A DNA stretch of 64,000 nucleotides from Octopus sinensis. Lineage: Eukaryota. Position numbers and translations under genes: made by a program. This document shows positions 1 through 13,404 of this stretch, one piece after another. Each line of letters starts with the position of its first letter. The stretch's first letter is position 1. Location of the stretch: contig NC_043011.1 in assembly GCF_006345805.1 (NCBI RefSeq), forward strand, positions 10,540,001 through 10,604,000. Direction: 5' to 3'. The notes beneath the pieces are model-generated. The model was not told the origin of the DNA, made no database searches, and saw only the letters and a list, made by a program, of their open reading frames with translations.

Positions 1-579
1 TGATTATCATTATTTGAATAGAGGGTTGTGAGAGGTAGAGGGGTAAGAAAGGAAAAGAGAAAGGGCAGTGGGAAGGGGAAGAGGGAGAGAGAGAGAGTAA
101 GAGAGAGAGATACAAGCAGATAGATAGACAGACCGACAGAGATAGAGGAACCAAAAGCAAATCTGAAAGTGGAGAAAGGCCTACATAAAAGTTTAAACAA
201 CAGATCGGAATTCAACGAAAGAAGACGGGTAAAGAGAACATCTTTAACAGACATTCAAACATGTTTGTATATGTGGGTGTGTATGTAGGTATGTATACAC
301 ATATACTTTCAGACAAACACACACACAAACAAACACGCGCGCGCGTACATATATATATGCATGCATTGCATATATATATATATGTTTAATTAGAGGATAT
401 GTTAACCTCATGAAGGGATGGTTTCATCCAAAGCAATATTGATTCAATACCTAGTATTTAGGGGAATTAACTTACTTAAAATAATAGCTCTCTATATAAA
501 ACATACAGTTTACATTCATTTGAAAGAAGAAAAGGAAATGGAGATTAGGAAATTAATAACTGTTTTTTATTAACAAATT

Positions 580-680
580 GGTCATCTTCGCTGTTTCAAT
601 TAATACTTAATAATTTAATTACAAATTTGTACATTAAATTTACAATTATGTGACATGAGTATAATTTCATCAGAGGAAAA
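580..680 (-). ncRNA. Degenerate hammerhead-ribozyme-like motif with long stem II (probable Penelope-like-element relic)
   Basis: Minus strand reads CTGATGA-aattatact...agtattaatt-GAAACagcgaaga. The intervening sequence forms a long AT-rich hairpin and AATAAA follows downstream. The cleavage-site GUH is missing (GAAACAGC-G-AAGA versus expected GAAACAGCTGTAAGA). Confidence 0.45.
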
Positions 681-1125
681 ACGTTGTACCTTTGGATGTT
701 ATACGTGGGCTTATCAGTTCACTTCAGCAGACTGAATGTTAAGATTTGTATTGTTATTTGCTTGGGTGAGGGGTGTGTGTATATATATATATATATTTAA
801 ATATGCACGTGTATTTTTCATGGATATTTAGAAGACTCACCTTAAAAATAGAGTACAAAATCTACCCCCTTTGCACCTGGTTAACAAGGTGAGATGATTG
901 AGATTCCGTCATTTCTTGGTTTATGGGGGTCGGTCTGTCGTGTGACCACGCTATCTTTTCGATAAATCTCTATAAACCTTTTGTTATACACGTCATTGCA
1001 CATACAACTGAGATAAGATAATCAATAGCTGTAGGATTTGCACTGGTCGAAGATGAGTTCCTGTTTTTCATCAAATGAAAAAGCGTTCACATAGGTTGGC
1101 TATCCCAACTCGCCAAACTCACACT

Positions 1126-1127
1126 AC

Positions 1128-1219
<92 letters not shown>

Positions 1220-1260
1220 CGTATATATTTATGCATGTATGTATAAGTGTGTATACGCAT
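1126..1260. repeat. (TA)n microsatellite
   Basis: Direct reading of the sequence. Confidence 0.95.
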
Positions 1261-2151
1261 ACGAATATACACATGTTCGCGTGTGTGTGTTCTCAAAAGA
1301 AATGAAAGTAACCAGCTAAAACAGCCGAACGTTGATGCTGATAAAGCGATAAAAAGAAAATGCTGTTACATTTTCGACCGGGTTTATGGATGTGAAACTC
1401 TGCGGGGTCTCATCTCAAGCATTTTATGTTCTGTAGCATTTTATTGAGCATGAACGAGATACAAAATGCAGACCAATAGTTACAAGACATTGAAACAAAT
1501 AACAGAGAGAACAATAATAGCAGAAGTGAAAGCTAACCTTGGTTATTAATAAAATAGCGTTTAATATGATATATCGAGAAAATAACCTGGTCGTCGGTTA
1601 GAATACACTGGAAAGCGGAATAAAATACTTGGTTGTATTTAGTTTCGGAGTTCGAGCCTAACTGATGTCGATAATGTCTATCGTTCTTCTGAAATCAATA
1701 AAATAATCACAAATAAAACACTGCAGCTCTTCCGATAAATGGATGGCTTTGAGTCTATTAAATAAATCTATATTTTGTACAATCAGGCCCATGAGTTCTA
1801 AGAAATAATCTAACTTAATTGTTTTAACATTTCTTGCAGACAATCTCACTTTTCATTTATCTAGATTATAAAAGTACCAGTAATATATTTAGAGACTTGA
1901 CTTCAATATATCTTGCCCCTTTAAAATTGTCTTGTATCTACAGGATTTGATCCTTAAAATATCTTCCAAGAGCTAATAGTAAAATTGAATGCCAAGTACG
2001 AAACCTGAACCATAACATCTTGTTGTTTAGAATGTCACTAATCATCACCAAAAAACAACAAAAACACTCGCTATTTCCTGCTGAAACTTGGAGGTATGCT
2101 AATGAAGCTAGATTTATAATTAGGTCGTATTAAAATGATTTTGTATAGCTT

Positions 2152-2300
2152 AAGTACAAGGTCAGCAATTCTGAGGAGAGATCAGTCAATTTCAATGATC
2201 CCAGTACATAAATGATACGTTATTTTATCGACCCCGTTGAGATAAAGGGCAACGATGACCTTGGCAGGATTTGAACTCTGAGCATAAAGAACTGGAAGAA
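2152..2300 (-). mobile_element. tRNA-derived SINE fragment
   Basis: Matches the recurrent SINE in this window (ttttatcgaccc...gaccttggcaggatttgaactc, i.e. reverse complement of the B-box region); compare 61920-62045. Confidence 0.7.
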
Positions 2301-3482
2301 ATTTTACAAAGTCATATTAAACATACAAAAACAATGAAAAAACATAACAAAAATTATCATTATAAACCTGCCTAATATAACTTGAAACGACAACGCAACA
2401 AATTTAGATGGTATATACATCAACTGACGTTAGCGACATCTGGTGGATGGAGTAAGAGAAACGCGACCAGAGTAATATAACATGTCAGGTGAAGCAAGAC
2501 AGGTTAGAAATGAAAGAAGATACCACCAGTGTAGGTTATGGAAATATCTCTAAATATATTAACATCAATGAAATGAAAGGTGTATAGTAAATGATAGAAG
2601 AGCGGATAAAATACGGTACTTAGTGACGGACCTTTGAATTCAAGCACGCAGATCAATAAAATTCAAAGCCGAGGAATAATAAGTACCAATTAACTACTAA
2701 GATCGATTTAAAGTTGTGCCTCTGCTGGAGCAGCTAGAAACCTCTATGAGGTAGGAAAGAAGCCAGAGGTTGTGCTGTTCATATATATAATTTTATTAGT
2801 GGAGTTGACTGCAATGATGATGACATAGATACGTTCCTCTTGGTCGGTCATAGAACATTTTCACCTCGAAGAGGATTGGGGTATGTTGAAGGTGGGCGAC
2901 TTTCGGAGAGTTTCAGTTTTGAGGCAAATGGTTGGATAAGGGGAAATAACGCCTTGTTGGAGTTAGTAATACAGTGGGGGTGGGGATGATAGGCAAAATG
3001 TGGGAGGATTTATTAATTGAACGGAGGGGCATGGAATATGGCCTAAAAATTATTAATTTTAGAAAGAAAATTATTAAAGTCCTTCACGTGAAGAAACAGA
3101 ACCGATCTATATATCTAAATCCATACACGTATGGATTTAGATTTTTTTCTTCTCTTTTTTCTCTTTTTTCTCTTTTCTTTATTCCTCTCTTCCTGTTTTT
3201 GATTTGACCTTACAAATACATTCCCTACTTTTAGGTCACATTAAATAAAAACCTTGATTCAATAGCATTGTGTACAAACTTTATACTTGGAATGACCAAT
3301 TTTAGATACTATTGGATTTTACTTACAAGGTATTGGAATCTTATATATATACCATTCTGCCTAAATAATGGATCTACAAATGCAATATCCCTGCATATCT
3401 CACATCTATTGTCATTCCTCCACTTCATTCTCTATTTCGTATCTTATCTAAGATAACTATTACTTAACCATTTTCTCACACC

Positions 3483-3530
3483 GTCTCCGATGAAGGGATA
3501 TAATAAATATCCCGGAAGCGGCTGTAAGAC
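3483..3530 (+). ncRNA. Degenerate minimal type I hammerhead-like motif
   Basis: gtct-CCGATGA-a-gggatat/aataa/atatccc-gGAAGCggctGTA-agac. Stem I (gtct/agac), a perfect 7-bp stem II and the GUA triplet are present; the core carries substitutions. Confidence 0.55.
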
Positions 3531-3751
3531 CTTCTATTTATAAATGTTCTAAATTCCTCACAGCCTTGGTTTTTTGTTATCTCATTCTGAAAATAATTTT
3601 TTTTTATAAATACACACGCTGAAATATAACCTAAGTTGGACTCCTCATTCGCATAATCACAGAACCTGGAGCTTAACTATGGTCAATCCGTAGCACTTAC
3701 TTAGCATTACCTGACACCTTTGGGTCTTCTTGACACCATTACCTCTCATAG

Positions 3752-3813
<62 letters not shown>

Positions 3814-3830
3814 AATATATGTGACAACTA

Positions 3831-3913
3831 TTCGGTAGCCATGATAAAACTCCGAGTTTCGGATGTCGGGCGGAAACCCACGCCGCTATCTCTTCAGTTA
3901 TCCAGCCACCGAA
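3831..3913 (-). ncRNA. Type I hammerhead ribozyme with intact core
   Basis: Minus strand: ttcggtggct-g-gataa CTGAAGA gat...atc c GAAAC tcgga GT T ttatc-at-ggctaccgaa. About 15-bp stem I, CUGANGA and GAAA boxes, short stem III, GUU triplet. Confidence 0.7.
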
Positions 3914-3950
3914 AAAATGCTATGAAAATGACCGTTAAACAAAGGCATTT

Positions 3951-4037
3951 TTTCCGATGGCCGGATAACTGAATACATGGCGGCGTGGGTTTCCGCCCCG
4001 ACATCCGAAACTCGGAGTTTTATCATGGCAACGCAAT
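3951..4037 (+). ncRNA. Decayed second hammerhead copy (inverted partner)
   Basis: gataa CTGAATA catgg...catcc GAAAC tcgga GTT ttatc. Core G8 is changed to T and the outer stem I is degraded. Confidence 0.55.
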
Positions 4038-4352
4038 AATTGTCACATATTATATTTACAGATAAATTCCTCTATTTACATAATATTGAGGTCTCTTTCA
4101 TTCTTTTGTTGTCTTACTATTTCTATCAATATATATATATATATCCATGCATGGGTGTGTGTATGTTTTGTGTGTGTGTGTGTGTTACTCAACTGATATC
4201 GTTAGATAACTGCTGGAAATGTCTTTCTATCAATAAACACATTCTCAAGACAAATTTTTAATTTGTTAGAAAATATTACAATAAAGATAACAACGTCGTA
4301 GATTTCCTTATTGCCGGATCTGTTGCATCATACACACCCAACCACCACCACT

Positions 4353-4406
<54 letters not shown>

Positions 4407-4534
4407 TACTCGTTGTTCTTACTCTTCAAAGAATATAATTTCCACCTTTCAAAAAAAGTCCGTTTTGGAACGTATTTACTTTCTCTTAATTATACCTGAC
4501 ATTTCTTGAAGCAAGAAAAGAAACCGTAATGTTA

Positions 4535-4738
4535 ATGGTGATGATGATGATGATGAGGCGGATGATGATGGTGGTGATCTGTAAAAAATGGTGGAGAGCA
4601 ATCAATGATAACTATATTAGAAGAAGAAGAAGAAGAGAAGAAGAAGAAGAAGAAGAAGAAGAAGAAGAAGAAGAAGAAGACGACGACGACGACGACGACG
4701 ACGACGAAGAAGAAGAAGAAGAAGAAGAAGAAGAAGAA
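4535..4738. repeat. Compound (GAT)n/(GAA)n/(GAC)n microsatellite
   Basis: Direct reading; explains the poly-E/D/K/F ORFs. Confidence 0.95.
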
Positions 4739-5754
4739 TTTATTTGGCAGATATCTTTTAAGATATGCAGATTTCTTAACTAAAATTGCGAATATAATTG
4801 AATCGAGCTTTGTTTCACTTTCTTTAGCCCCGACCACACACCCTCTTTCTTTCGTTCACACCTCTTATAATCACGCACACACACACACACACACCACACA
4901 CACACACAGATATGAGTACATGCATTTGAAAAACGTCGCAAATGAATTTATTAGCGTTATCTATTCTTAAGTACATTGCCATTTTGTGAGTGGTTTTCTC
5001 GATGGTATTTATGGTGGAAATCTAAAACAATTCTAATAATTTAGTGTTTTGCACAGATTGCAAATGGAGCAGTCTTTTAGTGTTCCTCCTTGAAACGGGG
5101 TCTTGTGATTCGTTTGAAGAAGATTGACTTTTTATTATAGGCTTGTGGTCGCAACTGGAACGTCGTTTAAATATATACGAGTGTATATTTATGTGTGTGT
5201 GAGTAGGCGCATGTAGATAAGGTGAGTCATAAACCTACGTATAGATGGCGAAATATCCAAGTCAGCTATCAACCATTTCCTTTTAAAGATTCATCTTATA
5301 CTCTTCCTATTTGTGTAGGGTACACACTCAGTTAATATTTGATCATTTTTATGTGTGACTATATATAACAGTCGCGCGCGCGCACACACACACACATACG
5401 TATAAACTTACACCCGTGTATATATGCAAACATACGTGAAGGATTCGACTGAAAGGATTGTAAATGTGAGCTTATCTTTTTTATTAATCTGACATCTGTT
5501 GTTCGTTGAAATTGCTCATGGTGATCGAGTAAACTCTCCCTCTCTCTTTAGTAACTCTTGTTTTTGTTATTGTTAATGTTTTGCTGTTGCTGTTGTTGTT
5601 GATGTTCTTCTTCTTCTTTCCCTTCTTTTTTTTGTCGTCGTCCTCGTCATCATCGCCGTTTTCATTGACGACAAATAACGGTTCCCAAACAGAAGCAGTA
5701 CCGTCATGTCCTTGATGAAGTTCGGGTGGAAGCTGTCCGAAAACCACAAAAGAT

Positions 5755-6360
5755 TAAAGGTTGTTTACAGAGATGACCACTATTTACCAGAGCCATGCTC
5801 ACAGAATGAAGTTCAATGGAAGGGAAACCTCTGTTGAGGACAAACCACTCAGTGAGTGATCATCATCTGCGACCGCTGACATGAATCAATTACAAGTAGG
5901 ATTCGGAAACGGACGCTTAGTCTGTAGAATAGCATCACATTTTTTCTTCAAGGCCTAAGAACTCCAAGAACCAGCTGCCGGCACAAAAGGTCACGGTGAT
6001 TGTTTCTTGGGACTCTAAGGTATTGTTGTATCTCAGGCAACATAGTTGTGGACTAGTACAGAGAGATAACAGGGTAGGATTCAGTAACGGATTCAGTAAC
6101 GTGAAAGAGCCAATAAAAGACCGTTCAAACTACAGCCTCACCAATCCTTTCTCTGGTGCACCGAGAACACAATAACAATAAAAAGAAAGAAACAAGGCTA
6201 AAGTCCTACAATGATTATTTTTTCAGTCTGAACCTAATAAAAACCACCATGAATGCAGAATAATATTCTTTCGCATTCCTTCACCATTCCAGCGATATTA
6301 AAAAAATGGAATTCTTCACTGATGTGGAATAAGTTTGTGCAACAAGAGACAAGAAATTCG
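5755..6360 (+). pseudogene. Highly degraded mariner (Tc1/mariner) transposase relic
   Basis: Hand translation gives KFNGRETSVEDKPLSE (cf. mariner F..G..S.ED.PRSGRP) and PKNSKNQLPAQKVTVIVSWDSK (cf. PK......SAGKVM..VFWD.KG). Confidence 0.6.
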
Positions 6361-6550
6361 ACTTGACATCAATATTTATAGAAGGATTCTCTTTTTGTTC
6401 TCCGTATTTTGATTATTTCTTCTTCTTGTGATATTTATCATGTCTCTGACACTTCATAGACAAACCCAAAATTTCTGAACTTTGCTGAATTACAATCAAT
6501 CGTGTGGTAAATTATTGGTCACTGACCTGAAAAACTCTTGATTATATTAA

Positions 6551-7056
<506 letters not shown>

Positions 7057-7058
<2 letters not shown>

Positions 7059-7605
7059 GCCCTGATACAGTACCAGGCAGTGGCTCTCAAGGCTTCTGAT
7101 CTTGGAAGTGTTATCATGTACATTGTTTTGTCTTGGTATAAAAGATGGGCTACAGCAAATATTCTGCTCAATACCACAGATTTGCTTGTCAGTTGTTTGA
7201 CCTTAACCAGTTGAGCATGTTCCTTAGTGGCTGACGATATGTGCATCTCTGATCACGAGCAGAAGTAGTGGGGGAGCATCATAGCCATGTGTTGAGAGGG
7301 ATTCTTTGGGGTTTGAATAATTCACCTCTGGAAACATGGGTGGTTCTTTCAACATCCTTAAACAACCCTTATTCAGGGACCTTTTGAGCGGGATGGGCTA
7401 CTCAACCTGAAGGAAATTCTAACTGGGCCCCACCTGCAAGGTCATGCGCTGTTTATCTTGATATGAGATCACCATGTCGCGCACATATGGTTGTGATGCA
7501 TGTGCCTGGTGTACCCTTATCAGACGGGTAGTCATGATGGGTATATTGGGCTTCGTATATTTTACCCCAGTGTCTCTTTGATGGCATGAACTGCTCTCTC
7601 ACTCA
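7057..7605. mobile_element. About 550-bp non-coding interspersed element embedded in (AAT)n
   Basis: Sharp GC-richer block flanked on both sides by (AAT)n, with no credible ORF and no TIRs. Mobile nature is inferred. Confidence 0.5.
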
Positions 7606-7624
7606 ATAATAATAATAATAATAA

Positions 7625-8025
7625 TTCATTGTATTATTAGCCACAAGAGCTTACATAAAACAACATAAAATGACCTGACAGCATAAAAGAAAACAAAAGA
7701 CGAGACAAAGGGTTTTACGGCAAATAAACATTTGAAAACAAGGAAAAATCTCCCAAAAGAGAGAATTAAGGGTACTCATGGAAAAATCCACAAAAGCCAC
7801 CGGTGCTTGATCAACAGGGCAAGAGCCCTTTTCCTTTTATTTCTTTACAGGTGTACGCATGGAATTGGTCCTTTCACACTGGTAATTCTTCCAGCATTCA
7901 CCCAACTTTCAACAAACATGCTAGAAGGCTACACTTCCCTCCCCACTCTCAACTTCCTTTTCAAGTGAAATTTGAAAAGGTTGATGATGGCTTGGCCAAA
8001 GAGGAAAGTGTCTGACTTTAGCCCT
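7625..8025 (-). mobile_element. 3' end of an L1/Tx1-like LINE (ORF2 C-terminus and 3' UTR)
   Basis: Minus frame GLKSDTFLFGQAIINLFKFHLKRKLRVGREV*PSSMFVESWVN, then a T-rich UTR ending ttgtggctaataat, similar to the 3' end at 56790-56866. Clade assignment is from recall. Confidence 0.45.
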
Positions 8026-8029
8026 TGCA

Positions 8030-9125
8030 CAGAGAAATGAAATTCAAGGTCAGCGAGGCGTATCAAAAAAGGTGATGATGGTGTTGAAATCCAACCTGAA
8101 TGCCAAAAAGTTGCTTACCGCAGTTGCGGTGGTCCGATATAGAGCGTCCATCCTCAAACGGACTAAGGAGGAAGTATCAACACTAGATAGAAGGACGAGA
8201 AAGTCGATGACGTTGCATGGGGCGCTAAAACCGAAAGCAAACGTAAACAGATTGTATATGAAAAGAAAGAATGGTGGCAGAGGACTAATTGTATAAGGAC
8301 CATTGTATAAGGAGTGAAAGAAGAACGCTTGCCGAGTATTTGTTAAATAGCGATGAAGACCTGCTGCAAAATGCCGCGAAAGATATGGGTGTAAATGCAG
8401 ATGAAATGATGGGCAAGGAACAGTTTAACCAAATAGCTTAGGAAAAAAGAAAAGAAGACCTTCTTGGAATGAAAATGCACGGACAGTTGGAAAAGAATAC
8501 ACAAGACGTTAAGGAAAGCACAGCATTGTGGGCATGGCTCGAGTGAGGTGATTTGAAGCGTACCACAGAAAGCCTAATCAATGCTGCACAAGACCAGGCT
8601 CTCGCTACCAATTCAGTGAAGTATAACATCTATAAAACTTCTGACACCCAGAAATGCAGTCTCTGTAGAAAGAGTGTAGAAAATGTGATCACCTGGTAAG
8701 TGGATGTGAGAGCCTTGCACAAAAAGAATACAAGCGCCAACACGATAAAGTGTGTGTGCATGTTCATTGGCTGTTATGCCGTAAATACCAATATGAAGTA
8801 ACAGAGAACTGGTATGAGCATGTACAAAGTAAAGTTATGCAGGAAGATGGAAAAGTAACGATACTCTTGGACTATAATTTTCAAACGGATCGTGTAATCG
8901 AGCACCGTCAGTCGGATATTGTCATACCGAATAAGAGAGACAAATACTGTCAGATCGTTGATGTAGCCATACCAAATGACATGAAAGTCGTGTGTAAAGA
9001 GGTTGAAACAAATCACTAAATACTCCGAATTGAAAGTGAAAATGGCAAGACAGTATGGAATGAGAGAGGTTAATGTAAAAGTGATACCAGTGGTGATCGG
9101 TGCATTGGGTTCAATCGCAAATGGC
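8030..9125 (+). mobile_element. R4/Dong-like non-LTR retrotransposon relic (RT C-terminus, CCHC knuckle, restriction-like endonuclease)
   Basis: LDRRTRK.MT.HGAL.PKA.V.RLY..RK.GGRGL; LK.TTESLINAAQDQAL; KCSLCR...HLVSGC..LAQKEYKRQHDKV; SDIVI...IVDVAIP.D; VIPVVIGALG. Multiple stops and frameshifts. Confidence 0.88.
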
Positions 9126-9584
9126 TGAGGATATAAAGTAGGATTTTTTGTCTCGTAGTCGACAGTTCACATCCCATCATTGGTGCTATGAGGAAACAAG
9201 TTAAACAATGATGGTATGAAGTTCACAACCATCATAACGACAGTGTTGCTGCGGAATATATTTGCATTGAGATTTAAATAGAAAATAATGAAGCTCTTCT
9301 GTGTCGTTGTCATCTTAGCAGAATTCAAAATCGAGCTTTTCCTTAAAGAAAACACCAAAGATATTTTTCAACGTGGATTTCTTAAAAGTGTAAGTCATTT
9401 TTAGAACCATTCTGTGTTGGATTGTCATGGAACATCGGAAACCACAGACGGTTATCTTTAAAAAAGAAAAAAAATAGGTAGGAGATGAAAGAATTTTAGA
9501 ATTGATTCCATTTTCAGACACTTCCGTTTTGGAACTTAACTTTGTCATGTGAAAAGAAACTAATTGGTATCTATCTATATATAT

Positions 9585-9636
<52 letters not shown>

Positions 9637-11814
9637 ATATCAGAAAAATTCTTAAAGCAGTTTCATGAACAGATGCATAGATGGTGCATCTTGAGCAAAA
9701 CAAACGACAGCTATCCAAATAACAGCGATCTATTCTATCGTCGGAGGGAGAATGAGATAAAATCTTATTGAAAACTTGGGTTTACTACTATTATGGAGTA
9801 TAGGGGAAGATTGAAAGAAGTAAATAAGGTCTTACTAATAAATAGAAACTAATAATCATGTCAAGGGATAGATATATGAATTTCTAACGTATGAGGAAGA
9901 TATATAGAGACAGAGGAATGGGCTGTGTCGATACGAGTAGAGAGAATGATAAATAGCATAGAGTGAAGAAAGCCACGTATATATGGCGACTGCCAGTGGG
10001 GAAAGAATAATAAAGTTATCCGTTACGTAGATTAGCCAGCGGGGGTAGGGGTGTTATGTAAGATAAATAATACGTATTATCTAAAGAAGTTTGGCGTGGT
10101 GGTCAACGCGATGAGTGTGAGATTATGCTAAGTAAAAAAGACTGAGATGATATGGAGGGACAAGGTTATAAATAATTTGATTGCAACTGGGTTTAGATAG
10201 CACTGAGTGTTGTTTTCTTAATCTATTCACTAACGGCATTCACTCCATCAACAAAGTGAGGAAATACTTTGTGTGTGTGTGTGTGTGTACAAAAGATCTG
10301 TATCTAGTGAAACGGAGATAAAATGTGTAATTCAAGTCTTTTCAGGAGAGCACTAGTCGCGCAATATTGAAATAGCTCCAGTCAAGTAGTGAAACTTTAT
10401 TGTGATCTCAACTTTCTTCGTTTCAGAACGGATAAAATATCGTAAAACAAGGTTTGATACTTTAATGAGTTCCAATGTATGAAACAATAACCTACGACCA
10501 CATTGAGAGCTAGTCTTTCCGGTAAACTAAAGTATAAATAATGAAATGTCTTGTTGCTTGCAATTCGCGAACTCTCATACGAGACTCTCATCTATTGTTC
10601 ACACAAATGTTTCCAATGTACAACGTCTGTCTGTAAGATGAAGGCAAACATACAGATCACACATTATTAACTCACTATTTATAAATTGAGGGAATCAGCT
10701 CAAAGGAGTCGACTACAAAACAAAGCATATCGCAGTCAATGAGGTCTGTATAACACATCTGCAGGTTTCATTACACACGCCACAAAGAAAAAGAACATTA
10801 TATATCATATATTATTACACATGGATTATTATCATTCATTATCATATATTATTACATATCTTATTATTTATCAAATTCTGTATTTCTATACAATCGCATC
10901 CAACCACAGAAACAACCAATGGGAACTGGGGAAGAACAAGACCAATCAACAGTTCTTTTTATTCCCAAACTAATTCAGATAGTGATTATCAATCTTGTGC
11001 CTTCCTACAAATCTGTAAATCAATCAAAAATCATTTTGCATAAAATGTTTTACAGTGTGGCGGCGTTACGTATTTTTAAATTTAGAGTTCAAATTCTGCC
11101 CAGGCCTATTTCCTCATTTGTCCTTCTGAACGTAAAGTGGCCGAGAAAATAAACGGTGGAATCGATTAAATCGAAGATAACTCTCTTCCAAAATGTGTCA
11201 CCTCGTGCCTTCGTTGAAAGATATCATTATTATTAAACCTCCCCCGCCTCCTCCTCCTTCCATTTTCCTCTTCCTCCTCCTCTTCTTCCTCTTCGTTTTT
11301 ATTAGAATTTACAAATGCAAACGGATTGTTATTCTAAAAGATTGCTTTTGTTTTGAGTAGATTTCAATGTATTGAAGAGAAATAGGAAGTGTGACAAGCA
11401 TGCCTTTCCGAGATTCATCGATGACATCAATGAACAGAAATGGTCTGAAGTCAGTTTGCTGCTAATTTACCATTTTTTTCTACGACCACCGACAGAATAT
11501 TGTAAGATTTTGTGAAGAAAACATAAGTAATTCCAGTGATGAATACCAAATGCGTTCCGTAGCCATAACTTAGAATCATAATGAACGCTTTAATCTTGAA
11601 ATGATGTAATTAATGGTAATTTTGGTCGGAGAAGTTGATAAAAGAAAATTAAACTTAATCAAATGGAAGAAAATTACAACACAATTTTTTGCCGGCCACG
11701 AAATAATTGAGTTGTTGTCACATCATTTGCATAATCTCTTCACTCATTTCCATTCATATGCACACTTACATTTTCCTGCCTATTTCTTGGTCTACCTCTT
11801 TCACACCCACATAT

Positions 11815-11866
11815 ATACGTATGTAATGTATGCATATACCCATACATATGCACACATATACATGTG

Positions 11867-11898
<32 letters not shown>

Positions 11899-12120
11899 TG
11901 TATGTATGTATGTATGTTGTATGTATGTATGTATGTATGTATGTCTGTCTGTATGTATGTATGTATGTATGTATGTATGTCTGTCTGTATGTATGTATGT
12001 ATGTATGTATGTATGTATGTATGTATGTATATATATATATATATATATATATGAGTATGTATGTGTATATACATTTGTGTGTGTGTATGAGTCTGTATAC
12101 ACACACAGATACATACACAT
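11815..12120. repeat. (TATG)n/(TA)n compound microsatellite
   Basis: Direct reading. Confidence 0.95.
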
Positions 12121-12934
12121 ATTCAGGTTGGGCTTGAAATTGAGAGGGAGAATGTTTATGCGACATATATTAAAAATAATGATTTTTAACTGATCGAGTT
12201 TAATAAATATTTACATAAAATATATACACACACACACACTCAAATATATGCCTGTATATACATGTTCAAACACATACCCATACACACACATACATGAAAA
12301 TGTATCACTGGGGTCGATATGCCAGCATGAATATATACATGTATGTGTATATATACATATATACATATGCATACATAATCACACACTCACAAGACACAGA
12401 CACACACATACATATATATAAATATAACAATTATATATGCGTGTGTGTGTGCATACATATAATCACATGCACATCTATACCTATAAGTCCCAGATGATTA
12501 TTAGGATCGATGGAATCGACCACCCATCTCCCCCCCCCCCACACACACACACACACAAAATTATAAAATTCCAAACTGCTGGCTACCAGCAAACAGGGAC
12601 TGGTAAAAATATTTAATGAAACACTATGAGTAGAAAGTCTTTGACTCAAGGTGGAGAGGTGCGGAAACTATTACTAAAAAAGCAGTAAACGCTGTGAGAT
12701 AGCAACGCCATAGATTTCTGATCTCTCGCAGACAGATATTTACCAATCTACATAAAGAAAGATATCGATCGTATGTTGTGGTGAAGAAACATCAGGTGGG
12801 TTAATTAACTACATATTATAGATGAGTGAGGAAGGCGAAATATTAGAGAAAAATATTTAAAAAAGGAAAGTAAAAGAAAAATCTGGTTGGAAACGTAAAC
12901 GTAGTTGATTAGATTTATATGTATGTGTGCATGT

Positions 12935-13033
12935 ATATACATACATACATACATACTACATACATACATACATACATACATACATACATACATACATACA
13001 TACAAACATAGATAGATAGATAGATAGATAGAT

Positions 13034-13072
<39 letters not shown>

Positions 13073-13087
13073 GATAGATAGATAGAT

Positions 13088-13136
<49 letters not shown>

Positions 13137-13165
13137 GTAGGTAGGTAGGTAGGTAGGTAGGTAGG

Positions 13166-13245
<80 letters not shown>

Positions 13246-13254
13246 GTAGGTAGG

Positions 13255-13325
<71 letters not shown>

Positions 13326-13365
13326 TAAGACAGACAGACAGACAGATAGACAGAAAGATAGATAC
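12935..13365. repeat. (TACA)n-(GATA)n-(GGTA)n-(GACA)n compound microsatellite
   Basis: Direct reading. Confidence 0.95.
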
Positions 13366-13404
13366 ACACAAACACACATACACTCATATGCATATATACA
13401 TACA

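Larger units (their letters stand above)
3810..4130. mobile_element. Foldback element (about 110-bp inverted arms, 24-nt spacer, about 70-bp one-sided tail) between (TA)n tracts; each arm is a hammerhead
   Basis: 3810-3920 is the imperfect reverse complement of 3945-4060. Confidence 0.85.

Noticed and set aside
10390-10790. Possible RTE reverse-transcriptase relic on the minus strand
   Set aside because: No unambiguous motif was recovered by hand translation.
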